A stretch of DNA of 36,163 nucleotides from Promethearchaeota archaeon (GCA_008080735.1 SHMW01000041.1:1-36163), one strand, 5' to 3'; shown: positions 1 through 10,086, counted from the stretch's first letter. Program-made: numbers and translations. Notes: generated by a model not told the origin, from the sequence alone.

Positions 1-76
1 ATCTAATAGAAGGAATAAGAATTCTTATAAAGTATAGACTCCAAATTAAATTAAATAAAAAAAAAAACGATTTGAA

Positions 77-1372
77 ATGACTGAAGATATTTTAGAAGGC
101 AAAAAAGAACTTGAAGGTTTTAGTCGATTTGTGCTTTTTCAAGTGATTATTATTGGAGTGTTATGGCTTGCGGATACATTTTTCTATTTCTTTGAACAGA
201 ACATTTTTAATACTTACGTAACAAATGTACTGAATTTAGGTTATTTATTTATTACCTTAATGGTTGGATTAAGTGCCACAGTCGGTTTAATAATGAATTT
301 CGTATGGGGAATCATTAGTGATAATACACGTTCTAAATATGGAAGGAGGAGACCGTTTCTTTTATTTTCCATAATTGCGGGTATTGGGATGATACTTGCA
401 GCTTTTTCAAATAACTATATACTGCTTATAATTTTTGATGTATTGTTAATAGGAATTACTGCAAATGCAGTATCAGTGGCATCTCGAGCGCTTATTCCTG
501 ACGTCGCAGAATTAGAGAAACGCGGAAGAGCAAACGGAATAGTTCAAGCTGTCTCATATCTAGGATTGATTTTTGGATTAGTTATCTTCATACTCTTTGA
601 AGAAGATTTGGGTTCTACGGATCCTACAGTTGTATTGAATACACATATTCTTGTATTAACAATTGGAGGAATTGTATATTTAGTTTCTGGAGTTATTGGT
701 TTTTTCTTCATTAAGGAGAGACCCACCTCTGAATTACCTCCAAAAAAGAAATTTTCCACAGAGCTAAAAGAATTAATTGATATATCTCTCTTAAAAAATC
801 AAAAAAATTTTTTTAGAGTAATTGTTGCGACCTCAATATATCAAACAGGAATTGGATGCGTAATGGCGTATCTATTTCCTCTCCTCACAGATTCCGAATT
901 ATTTCCATTTGGTATGGTAGATTTACTTATGGCCATTGGAATTGGCTTTTTAAGTCTGGTTCTAGGGGTTATCCTCTTAGGACGATTAGCAGATAAGTTT
1001 GGGAGAAAAAAATTCATGCCTGGAGTTATCTTATTAATTTCAATAGCCTTTTTCTTTATACCTTATTCTATAACATCAGGCGGACTAATCCTATTTATAG
1101 TATTAACTCCTTTTTTGTTATTAGGATTACTTGGATTGAATACAATTATAAACGCTTGGGCTCAAGATACCTTGCCAGATGGAAAGAGAGGTCAATTCTA
1201 TGGAATTTTTAATATCACCTTGACAGTGCCGCAAATAATTGGAGGTATTTTTGGAGGATTAGTTGCGGAGATATTTACACCGATTTATATCTTTATTCCC
1301 GGAGCTATATTTTTCTTAATTTCTATTCCACTCTTCATGATTGTTAAAGAGACATTAAAGATGGACAAATAA
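77..1372 (+). CDS. MFS transporter, probably a sugar/glycoside permease
   Basis: About 12 hydrophobic segments; MFS loop motifs WGIISDNTRSKYGRRRPF and GRLADKFGRKK. Confidence 0.9.
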   Translation: MTEDILEGKKELEGFSRFVLFQVIIIGVLWLADTFFYFFEQNIFNTYVTNVLNLGYLFITLMVGLSATVGLIMNFVWGIISDNTRSKYGRRRPFLLFSIIAGIGMILAAFSNNYILLIIFDVLLIGITANAVSVASRALIPDVAELEKRGRANGIVQAVSYLGLIFGLVIFILFEEDLGSTDPTVVLNTHILVLTIGGIVYLVSGVIGFFFIKERPTSELPPKKKFSTELKELIDISLLKNQKNFFRVIVATSIYQTGIGCVMAYLFPLLTDSELFPFGMVDLLMAIGIGFLSLVLGVILLGRLADKFGRKKFMPGVILLISIAFFFIPYSITSGGLILFIVLTPFLLLGLLGLNTIINAWAQDTLPDGKRGQFYGIFNITLTVPQIIGGIFGGLVAEIFTPIYIFIPGAIFFLISIPLFMIVKETLKMDK

Positions 1373-1457
1373 ACTAAAATAACCATTATTTTTTTTAATT
1401 TTTTTAGATCTTTTATATCTGAAAAATAGGAAATAACAATAAAAAAATAATACTATA

Positions 1458-2471
1458 TTATTTTCTTTGAGGCTCAACTATCATTTTAATCCATTCTTCT
1501 CTATTATAATATTTGAAAGCATCCACTGCTTCTTCGAGCGTAATCCGTTTAGTGATCAAGCTTTCGAGGTCTAACGTTCCTGAGGCAATCATATCAAGTG
1601 CTTCATCCCAATAATCCTTTTCGGCTTTCGAATTTACCATCGCTTCGGGATAAACCAATTCTACACCCTTTTTTCTACAATTGACATATGGGATGTATTG
1701 CATTTTTTGCGCGCCAAATACCACCACACGATAACCGGGTTTCACTAAATCTATTGCATCCAGTAATGTTTCATTCAAACCCACCATTTCAAATACAGCA
1801 TGAGGGACCCCAAATTCTTTCGAGATCTCATCAACTACAGTATAATTGCCATGGGTAGGACGGGTGAATTCATTCGGATCAAACGTTTCAGCACCCCATT
1901 TTTCAGCCAAACTTCGCTTATGATGATATGGTTCTGAGGCGGCAACATCGATTCCATTATTCAATAGGATCTGGGTAAGGATTAAGCCAATGGGTCCAAG
2001 TCCAAACACTACAGCCTTCGGGGTTCCTTCAATCCGCTCAAATTCAGCTCTTTCGAAACAATTAATCGCACATCCAACGGCGTCAGCAAAGGAAATCTCG
2101 TCCATTTTCATATCATTTCTTACGATAGGGCCTGCTCCTGTCTTCTCGTCTTTTCCATGTCCGATCACGTTAACATATGTGGAATATTCGGCATAACCTT
2201 GACCCATTCGCGCTAAATGATCACCTATTTCGATTCCATCCACATTTTCACCTACTTCCACTGCAATAGCTCCTGTCTCATGACCGTGACCACCAGGCTC
2301 ATGGGCTTCAATCCAATGACCTCCTTCAAAAATCCCGACATCACTTCCGCAGATCCCTACTGAAACCATTTTTGCTAATACATCATTGGGACCGCATTTG
2401 GGAATGGGGACGTCTATTAACTTTACGTTCCATGGTTCTGGAAACACTAATGCTCTCATTGTACCTTTCAT
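1458..2471 (-). CDS. Zn-dependent medium-chain dehydrogenase (sorbitol/threonine dehydrogenase-like)
   Basis: GICGSD and GHE catalytic-Zn motifs, GLGPIG Rossmann motif; the four-Cys structural-Zn loop is absent. Confidence 0.88.
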   Translation of the reverse strand: MKGTMRALVFPEPWNVKLIDVPIPKCGPNDVLAKMVSVGICGSDVGIFEGGHWIEAHEPGGHGHETGAIAVEVGENVDGIEIGDHLARMGQGYAEYSTYVNVIGHGKDEKTGAGPIVRNDMKMDEISFADAVGCAINCFERAEFERIEGTPKAVVFGLGPIGLILTQILLNNGIDVAASEPYHHKRSLAEKWGAETFDPNEFTRPTHGNYTVVDEISKEFGVPHAVFEMVGLNETLLDAIDLVKPGYRVVVFGAQKMQYIPYVNCRKKGVELVYPEAMVNSKAEKDYWDEALDMIASGTLDLESLITKRITLEEAVDAFKYYNREEWIKMIVEPQRK

Positions 2472-2518
2472 AAAATAACCTCTAATATTAAATAATCATC
2501 AAATCTACAAATAATTGA

Positions 2519-5311
2519 TCATCTGCCCCTAATTCCGTCAATTAGCAATCGAATCATCAATTTCAGACTGAGATTCAATGGTTTTGGTTTAACTTTCCCA
2601 TCAACTTCTGGATCAAAATTTTCGTTTACCTTCCGTACCCATTCAAGATAGGACATATCTAATAATTCTTCTATATCAAATTCACTGACCAGGTTTTTCG
2701 CAATAGTATTATAAAGAGAAAAATTGTCGCTTATTCGCGGGTTTTGTCTGTTTCCTATCAATATGAGCGGAGGAAAAGAAAAATGGTTCGCAAAATTTTG
2801 GATTTCCTTGGGGGGTTCATCTCCTACATAAGGAGACAGAACTAGTTCAAAATTAATTTTCTTACCACTAAAGGTGGGAGCTGTGGAATGATATGTCCCA
2901 AACAATTTTGGGATAATTTCTTGCGCATGTCCCGAACCTTCAGTCCAATAATTAAAATGCTCCCCATAATATGTTCCAAATGGATTGATTCTAATCTGCT
3001 GTCCTGTATCTTTTAGGTCCCCAAAACCTTCATCTTTTATTTTTATCGGAGAGAATGCGAAATTTGCGGCTTTTAATGCATTAAACCCTACGAGTATTCC
3101 TTTTTTCTTGTTTGTTAAAGCCATCCATCCATCAGAGACATTTGCAACCATACACCCAATATCAAAGTTCTTCGGATCCACCAGCTTCATATCGCAATCG
3201 AAATGAGAAATATATCCCATAAAATTCCGCTTCCATACACGTAGAGGAGTTTCCCTTCCGATAATATTAGGTTTAATTTCGCAGGGCATCACCTCTCGCC
3301 AGCGCTCATCCCAAGGATCTTCTACAAAAGAGGTACCATCTTCACTACACTTTTCCCCCGTAATATCACATAGTTGCATTTTTACTTCTAAGAAAACATG
3401 TTTAAGCCCCGCATAGAGAGTTATCGTTTTTTCCGCGAGAACTGATGCGTCTTGAATGATCTCAAATCGGGAAATTAATTTTATCTGTGCAGAAAACCCA
3501 TCAGAACCGTCACGCATCACAATTATATCATTAGTGCTAGCAGAATATCGCTTTTCTTTCTTAGGATCACCGAATACTACTGCAGAATCTAGAAAATTAT
3601 CGCACCCGAATTCTTGATCTTTATACCGTAATGAATGTATTTTTCCATGTTGATCTAACTTAATGGTTATAAATTCATTTGATATTTCGTATTTTGTTGC
3701 TCTTATTTTGTTTTCTCTTGGCTCAGTTTTTTCTTCCTGAATCTCTAATTTAGTTTGAAAAAAATTTTTATCAGAAAATCGAGTGGGGTTTATTAAAGCC
3801 TCTAAGATATGACTGGAATTATCCTCTTGATTATAAATAGAATATTCAATATCAGTTTTTATGATTAATCGTGATGGTCGGTTATCGAATCTTTGAATTA
3901 ATTGATCTGGAAGTTCGGTCCTTATCAACAATGGAGATATTATATCTAATCGTTCTCTTTCAGAAATTCCACGATTTAGTATAGGAATTATGGTAAGGAT
4001 AATATCCTCCTCCCCTGTGTTTTTGTAGATTGTGGAAAATGAATCTTCCATGGCGATATTTAATGCTTTATCAGCTGCGCGATGGGAACGAATAGCATAA
4101 TTCATTGCTGTCTTTCTGCGATGAGGGTGCTGGAATGGCATCGACATTCCAAAATTAGTTGTAGAGGTAAAAAGAATCTGATTTTTGTTGTAGGTATCGA
4201 CAGCATCATCTTCACTTCTTATGTATTGATCTATTTCATTCTCCTTCTGAGTGTACCCTTGAGAACATAAGGTATCTGAAATACATTTAAACCATCGTGC
4301 TCTCTGACCTACTGTCCAAAATCGAGTGTTATTATATTTTTGGGCCCAGTTATAAAATCCATTCCAATTTCCGTCAGCTACATCCTGTTTGAGAACTGTC
4401 TTCCCACATACTTCTATCTTGGGGATAACATCAAGTAGATTGGCAAATTCGACGTGCTCATATGCATCTACGATCTCGGCAAATTCATCTAAACCCCGAG
4501 TATTTGGCATCCAACTTAGGAATTTAGGTAAAGAGACTCCAATCCAGTTGTCATAATCCATATCGAAATTTAAGAATAGTAGCGCATGCCCTTCTATAAA
4601 ATCCTTTTCTTGATATTTTCGGATCCGTTCAAACCATTTTTTAATAGAATAATAATCGAGAATGTCCCCAAACGCATACATAGGAATCATTATCATTGAG
4701 GCGTCAGAGACAGCAGATTGAAATTCCACTAAACCATATCTTTGGTTAAGATCTAAACGAGGATTAAGAAAAGGACGGCTAACGTCAAATGGATAGACTG
4801 AATAGTAAATACCAATACCCTCAACACCTAATTCATTATATTGTTCGATCATTCCTTGGGTAAACATCGTTTCTTGAGTGCGAGCATAGGGAGCGACGCG
4901 ATTACCAAATAATTGTTCTACTCCAATTCCCATAGAATTTTTCAAAAACCATTGATGCTGGATTTTAAATTGCTCAGTATCTAACACGGGTTGGGCGACA
5001 TTTCCCCAGGACCCGATTAAAACCTCATCCTTTCCCACTTTACATCGTTCGATTACTCGGTCAAGAATGTCTTGCTGATATTCTTGCTGAAGTTGTATAG
5101 ACCAAAATGTATCGGCATAGTCCCACGTCATACGCATTTTTCCATCGCAGAGACCTTTATCCTCGATTTCATCCAATTTATCGAGAATGGCTCGCATTAG
5201 TTTCATATCTTTTCCGAATCCAGTGGGTCCGCGACTATCCCCTCGGTACGAGTGGTAATAATTGATATGAGGGGATAAGACAAAATAAATCTTTTTTTCA
5301 TCTATATGCAA
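2519..5311 (-). CDS. Large glycoside hydrolase-like protein (GH38/GH57-type N-terminal barrel plus beta-sandwich C-terminus)
   Basis: 930 aa; N-terminal YFVLSPHINYYHSY, then MTWDY and EVLIGSWG segments resembling GH38/57 barrels; C-terminal ISNEFITIKLD...GKIHSL resembles the GH38 C-terminal domain; TTG start. Confidence 0.6.
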   Translation of the reverse strand: MHIDEKKIYFVLSPHINYYHSYRGDSRGPTGFGKDMKLMRAILDKLDEIEDKGLCDGKMRMTWDYADTFWSIQLQQEYQQDILDRVIERCKVGKDEVLIGSWGNVAQPVLDTEQFKIQHQWFLKNSMGIGVEQLFGNRVAPYARTQETMFTQGMIEQYNELGVEGIGIYYSVYPFDVSRPFLNPRLDLNQRYGLVEFQSAVSDASMIMIPMYAFGDILDYYSIKKWFERIRKYQEKDFIEGHALLFLNFDMDYDNWIGVSLPKFLSWMPNTRGLDEFAEIVDAYEHVEFANLLDVIPKIEVCGKTVLKQDVADGNWNGFYNWAQKYNNTRFWTVGQRARWFKCISDTLCSQGYTQKENEIDQYIRSEDDAVDTYNKNQILFTSTTNFGMSMPFQHPHRRKTAMNYAIRSHRAADKALNIAMEDSFSTIYKNTGEEDIILTIIPILNRGISERERLDIISPLLIRTELPDQLIQRFDNRPSRLIIKTDIEYSIYNQEDNSSHILEALINPTRFSDKNFFQTKLEIQEEKTEPRENKIRATKYEISNEFITIKLDQHGKIHSLRYKDQEFGCDNFLDSAVVFGDPKKEKRYSASTNDIIVMRDGSDGFSAQIKLISRFEIIQDASVLAEKTITLYAGLKHVFLEVKMQLCDITGEKCSEDGTSFVEDPWDERWREVMPCEIKPNIIGRETPLRVWKRNFMGYISHFDCDMKLVDPKNFDIGCMVANVSDGWMALTNKKKGILVGFNALKAANFAFSPIKIKDEGFGDLKDTGQQIRINPFGTYYGEHFNYWTEGSGHAQEIIPKLFGTYHSTAPTFSGKKINFELVLSPYVGDEPPKEIQNFANHFSFPPLILIGNRQNPRISDNFSLYNTIAKNLVSEFDIEELLDMSYLEWVRKVNENFDPEVDGKVKPKPLNLSLKLMIRLLIDGIRGR

Positions 5312-5497
5312 GTTTCTTCATCTATATTTCTCATTAATTATAAAAAAAAGTGTTTTTTAAGTTAAAAAGATTAAGAGATTCGATAAAACAATGGCTCGGT
5401 AGGTTGTTAAAGATAAAAACGAGGTTATAGATATTTGAAAAAAGAGGATTTCATGAAATATTGTAAAATAATGTAACTCGAAAGAGTGCTTTTAGAA

Positions 5498-6658
5498 TTA
5501 TTCCTCTTCGAGATCTTCTTCTTTAGTTTCTGTTTCATCGGGTTCTTCCAATTGTTCTTGTTGTTCACTATATTCTTGTATTTTTTGCATCACAGATTCT
5601 TCTGTAGCTTGTTGAGAAGGCATTGGCATCTTTTCATAGATCTCTATATATTTGACATCCTCAACCTCATCAGATAAATAAGTTTGTAAATCATTAGCAA
5701 GTCCAAATTTTAAATATGTTAGATTTTGAAATAGATACATCTGTGGAACCGTAATCTCGATGATCTTATATTTTTCGTCATATTCTATTTTAAAATCTTC
5801 GATGTTATCGGGGGGGATGCCTTTATTTTGCATGAAGTGCTCAACCTTTTTATCGAAATCTTCGATTTTATCTAATATTTCCACATTATAGTCCACATAC
5901 TGACCAGCAAGAGGATGGTTATAATCGACGATAACTTTTCCTTGGACGATATTTCTCACTCTCCCCCTCTGGGCACCTTGTTGGGTTCTGCGAGTGAATT
6001 CTTGGCCTATCTCTGGAGGTTTTCCTTTATTCATTCTTCGAAATTTCGCAATTCCAATCCGTTCAATTTTTGATGGATCGCGTTTTCCAAAAGCTTTTTC
6101 AGGAGGGATACGAACAGATTTTCTTTCGAAATACTTCATATTCTCTACGGTTTCCATAAGTCCTTCATTTAAAAATCCAGGTTTCCCGACTACTACAAAA
6201 TCGGGTGTATATTGCCCTTGGCGTGCTTCTTGTTCTTCATAAATACCCGCTTTCTTTGCATCTTCCTCAGAAGATACACGAAATACGTTTCCTTTCCTTG
6301 TTTTTCCAGTAATTTTTACGAGGACAAAATCTCCTTGTTCAAGTGCAGTTCCCTCTAACCTTTCAATCTTTTCTTCTTGTTTTCTGACTTCCTCTTGAAT
6401 TTTCTGTTCCTCCTCTTCGGTTAGAGTTGGTTCTTCTATTTCTGTTTCAATCTTCTCCACTTCTTTCTCTTCGGGCGTATCCTCTAACATAGACTTAGCG
6501 CTTTCGATAAATTTTTCCGCACTTGCCTTACCGATACCCTCTATCTCAGTTAAAGCGTCGATATCTGAATTAGCTAAATCTTCCACAGATTTAATTCCCG
6601 CTTTTTTGAGGTTCTTTACAGTTTTCTTACCTAATCCTTTGACTTCTTCTAAACTCAT
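5498..6658 (-). CDS. slyD: Long-type archaeal FKBP peptidyl-prolyl isomerase with N-terminal helix-hairpin-helix domain
   Basis: GDFVLV, IPPEKAFGKRDP and VDYNHPLAG are FKBP/SlyD motifs; N-terminal VKGLGKKT...IEGIGKASAEK is a tandem HhH; acidic tail. Confidence 0.88.
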   Translation of the reverse strand: MSLEEVKGLGKKTVKNLKKAGIKSVEDLANSDIDALTEIEGIGKASAEKFIESAKSMLEDTPEEKEVEKIETEIEEPTLTEEEEQKIQEEVRKQEEKIERLEGTALEQGDFVLVKITGKTRKGNVFRVSSEEDAKKAGIYEEQEARQGQYTPDFVVVGKPGFLNEGLMETVENMKYFERKSVRIPPEKAFGKRDPSKIERIGIAKFRRMNKGKPPEIGQEFTRRTQQGAQRGRVRNIVQGKVIVDYNHPLAGQYVDYNVEILDKIEDFDKKVEHFMQNKGIPPDNIEDFKIEYDEKYKIIEITVPQMYLFQNLTYLKFGLANDLQTYLSDEVEDVKYIEIYEKMPMPSQQATEESVMQKIQEYSEQQEQLEEPDETETKEEDLEEE

Positions 6659-6799
6659 ATGAATTCAATTCCTACAACTTTTATAATCGAATCAATTATA
6701 TAAAACAATCTAACATAATTTCTAAATTTTTAGGTTTTTTAGAAGTCTCAATCAAAAATAGAATAACTTATATCAATTAAACATACTCAAAAATTATTT

Positions 6800-7912
6800 T
6801 TATGACACTGGCTCCCAGACTATTCCAAGTTTGGAGGCATATTCTTTGACTTCTCGCATCTCTTCAGTACTGGGACGTCTATTTATTTCATCGAACTTAT
6901 AGGCGTGATATTCAGGTCTGTACTGTCCCATAATATTAACTACACATTTTGGGACTTGTTCGGCTATGAAATCTAAGATCGGTTTAGAACAACATTCTAT
7001 ATGATTGGGCATTACTAAATGTCTAATTATTATTTCGGCACTTCCCTCTTCATGAATCCGTTTTAAATTTCTGGTTAATATATCATAATAGTTTTCAATT
7101 TCGGAATAATTTTTCGCACATTCATTGTTTCCATATTTAAAATCTGGGAGCCAAAAATCTATAAAGTCTATGATTAAAGAAAGTCCCTCTTCCGAGAGGA
7201 AAAAGTTGGAATTCCATAGTTGACAAATATTTATTTTTTGATATTCTAAGCTGGCAATAATAGTATGAAGATTTGGGATTGGATCACCACCCACATAATT
7301 TATATTAAGTGCACCTTTATTTGAGAGACGTTCTGCGGTGTCTGCTAAGTCTTGAGGGTCTGCCTCCTTCGCAATTTCGGATATATCACGTTTACCTTTC
7401 CATGCTTGGGATATGTCATAGTTTTGACAGAATACGCATCCGAAATTACAACCTTGGAAGAAAATTGTTCCAGAAGGAACCAAAACGCTCTCTTCTCCGT
7501 GATGCAAAAACGCGGAAGTTATATAGGAACTCTCAGGTATTAAACAATAACCCTTCTCCCCATCTATCCTGTTAACTTCACATCGCCTTTCGCAGAATAT
7601 ACATTGCTCAAGGTATTTTCGCGCTAATGTAGCTGAGAGAGTTATATAATTTTTATCCTTGATTTTTCGTGATTTCAATTCTTGTTCGCTTTTATCCAAA
7701 AGAGCTTTAAAACTAACAGATTGTTCTTTTAACTTTTCTTCTAATATTTCAATGGAATTATGTTGTTCAAAATCACATTCCAAGGTTTTAGCGATTAAAT
7801 AGCGTGCGATTCGGTTATCATCAATAATATCTCTGTATCGAGAGAAGCGTTTTTTGACTTCTGGGTGTTTCCACGCAGATTGGGAATCTGGTCGAAGAAA
7901 TCGAAAGGACAT
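6800..7912 (-). CDS. pflX: PflX-like radical SAM protein
   Basis: CNFGCVFCQN (CxxxCxxC), upstream CIFCERRC, LHHGEE, VGGDP, IIRHLVMP, NIMGQYRP. Confidence 0.85.
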   Translation of the reverse strand: MSFRFLRPDSQSAWKHPEVKKRFSRYRDIIDDNRIARYLIAKTLECDFEQHNSIEILEEKLKEQSVSFKALLDKSEQELKSRKIKDKNYITLSATLARKYLEQCIFCERRCEVNRIDGEKGYCLIPESSYITSAFLHHGEESVLVPSGTIFFQGCNFGCVFCQNYDISQAWKGKRDISEIAKEADPQDLADTAERLSNKGALNINYVGGDPIPNLHTIIASLEYQKINICQLWNSNFFLSEEGLSLIIDFIDFWLPDFKYGNNECAKNYSEIENYYDILTRNLKRIHEEGSAEIIIRHLVMPNHIECCSKPILDFIAEQVPKCVVNIMGQYRPEYHAYKFDEINRRPSTEEMREVKEYASKLGIVWEPVS

Positions 7913-8046
7913 ATTATTTAGTAATTCATTAAAAGTATATAATTGATTCCCTTAGAAATATAAACAATAATTCGAGCAAAAAAACCGACTTTAGAGGAGG
8001 TCAAAATGAGCGCTTACACTAAGATATCGATTAGCCCATCTTAATT

Positions 8047-8580
8047 TTAGTTATGTGCATTTGATACAAGTGTTTTAGTCAATTCTACAAACGCATCCTC
8101 GACATTTTCCCCTGTTTTCGCCGAGGTTTGGATATAAATACTCTCGTTGGTTTCTGCAAAATTGGTAGGCTCATTGGGATCAATTACATCTCCAATATCT
8201 GATAAAAGATCTGATTTGTTTCCTATCAAAATAAAGGGTACATCATATCCAACATATTTATTCATTTCAGAATACCATTTTTTCGTTAATACTTCATAAG
8301 TGAATGATCGTGATAAGTCAAACACCATGAGTGCACCGCTCGTTCCCCTATAATAATTTCTACGCATATATTTTAGCCGTTCTTGACCACCTATATCCCA
8401 TAAATTAAGCTTAATCTTATATCCATCAATTTCTAACTCCTTATTTAATAAGTCTACACCCATGGTCATTTTATAGTTTGTAGAAAACTTATCGTGAACA
8501 AAACGGTCTACTAGGCTCGTTTTTCCGACCGACCCTGGCCCAATCAAGATAATTTTGAATTGAAAATCCATATCCAACAA
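8047..8580 (-). CDS. Rab-like small GTPase (Ras superfamily)
   Basis: G1 GPGSVGKT, G2 TMG, G3 WDIGGQ, G4 NKSD, G5 TSAK, Rab-like YYRG; no C-terminal Cys; true start may be the ATG at 8571. Confidence 0.93.
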   Translation of the reverse strand: MLDMDFQFKIILIGPGSVGKTSLVDRFVHDKFSTNYKMTMGVDLLNKELEIDGYKIKLNLWDIGGQERLKYMRRNYYRGTSGALMVFDLSRSFTYEVLTKKWYSEMNKYVGYDVPFILIGNKSDLLSDIGDVIDPNEPTNFAETNESIYIQTSAKTGENVEDAFVELTKTLVSNAHN

Positions 8581-8600
8581 CGATTTTAATTTAATTTTGA

Positions 8601-8624
8601 ATTAGCGAAATTCATTTCGCTAAT
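8601..8624. promoter_or_regulatory. Perfect 10-bp inverted repeat upstream of the small GTPase gene
   Basis: ATTAGCGAAA-TTCA-TTTCGCTAAT, 20 nt from the GTPase start. Confidence 0.5.
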
Positions 8625-8789
8625 GAATAATAATGGAGGACAAATATATATTTAATTTTTTTAGAGAAAAAATGTGTACTTAACTTGATTAATTTTTTTT
8701 TATGATACAATGTTGAGAAAATGAATTTACTTACAAGTTAATTTATGAGAGGTTTAGAATAAGATACCTTATTTGGTAAAAAAGAGAAT

Positions 8790-9515
8790 TTAAATCTCGA
8801 AGCTAAGCCATTTGACAATATTTTTAAAAAATTTCAAGTTATCGCCCGCATCTAAGCCAAAATCACTATCCTCGAGCATAAATTCTGAGGAACCGATTGT
8901 AAAGGCTCGTCCATTATAAAAATCGCTGGTAGCACATATTGGTACTGGTCCCACATTATCTACAACTTCATCGCTAAGATATTTAAATTCCGCTTTATCC
9001 GATGTCAAGATGATATCCTCGGCATCTTCAGTGAGACTCAGAAAGCAGCAATGAGGGAGAACTAATTCAGTGACTCCTTTGGTAATTGGATGAGTGTATA
9101 GATCCGTAAAAAGGAGGTTAAATTTCTTAACGTGGAAATTCTCTTTTGATTCAAAAATTACCCCGTTCCAGAATCGCTTTACTCCCGTGATTTTGTATAA
9201 GACGCGTATAGATCCCTCCTTCATCGGAATATCTCGGTCACCCCCTCTCCCACTCGTAAGAAAGAGCCCACCTCCTTCCCCAACAAATCGCTTGATTGCT
9301 TTTAATTCTTGAGGGGAAAACTTATCTACCTTTTTGTCATCGGTATGTTTTATATTTCCCATGAATAAGATATCATAATCTTCCAATTTCTCAAATTCAA
9401 TTGGTCCTTCGTTTTTATCTAAATAATCGATCTCGTAGAGATCCTCTCCTAATGAAAATTCGGGGAATTCAGCTTTTTCATTTTTCGTAAGATCAACCAG
9501 TATTCGGTACGACAT
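8790..9515 (-). CDS. IFT52/GIFT-like domain protein (class I glutamine amidotransferase-like fold)
   Basis: ILVDLTKNE...EKLEDYDILF...KFSPQELKAIKRFVGEGGGLFL...HPITKGV...GRAFTIGSSEF...DNLKFFKNIVKWL follows the GIFT/IFT52 N-terminal pattern; ATG at 9515 preferred over the TTG at 9560. Confidence 0.7.
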   Translation of the reverse strand: MSYRILVDLTKNEKAEFPEFSLGEDLYEIDYLDKNEGPIEFEKLEDYDILFMGNIKHTDDKKVDKFSPQELKAIKRFVGEGGGLFLTSGRGGDRDIPMKEGSIRVLYKITGVKRFWNGVIFESKENFHVKKFNLLFTDLYTHPITKGVTELVLPHCCFLSLTEDAEDIILTSDKAEFKYLSDEVVDNVGPVPICATSDFYNGRAFTIGSSEFMLEDSDFGLDAGDNLKFFKNIVKWLSFEI

Positions 9516-9664
9516 AATATCCGTAGTGAATGTTTTTTTAGAATTGTTTTTATAATGCAATTATCTACTTATTAAATTTACATAATAAAGATTTTTAAAC
9601 TTTTTCCATCAAGTTTTTAAATCAGAAAGTTTCAGTGAGCTCCGCAAAAATAATAGATGGAAAA

Positions 9665-10053
9665 ATGATAACAGAAAAGATTTCTAATAATGATAATGAA
9701 AAAATTATTAGTAAATCGCATATAGAATGAGAATTCTAATAGTTGGAGGAGGAATTCCGTCGCAATAGAACCCGTGGCAGAGTTACCGGATGAATTGAGT
9801 AGAGCAGATGAGAATAACATTAAATTAGCAATAGATCTATATGAAAAATTTAAGGAAAGATCCTGTTGATAAAATTCAAGCAGATTCTCGAAGATTGTTA
9901 AAGAATGTAATGCTAGAATCGAATTTCCTTCGAAAATTACGCAATATTCTTGTTAAACGTATAAGCGCAGAGAGATTTTTAGGACGTTTTTTTAATATGG
10001 CATCAGAACCCATATAAAGTCTCTTAGGTCAATACCCATATATCCTTAATTAA
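9665..10053 (+). pseudogene. Possible degraded gene of unknown function
   Basis: Three abutting or overlapping open frames: 9665-9730, 9726-9869 and 9841-10017 (58 aa), then 11 more codons past the TAA; fills a 500-bp gap. Confidence 0.35.
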
Positions 10054-10086
10054 GAAAGTTGTTCTAAAAATAGAGTAGAAAAGATA

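Noticed and set aside
7994-8044. GAGGAGGT site plus ATG opening a 12-codon ORF (MSAYTKISISPS)
   Set aside because: Too short, with no supporting homology or context.
9728-9869. TGA codons in the broken ORF as selenocysteine recoding
   Set aside because: Read-through of either TGA meets a TAA almost immediately, and no SECIS-like element or selenoprotein motif is evident.
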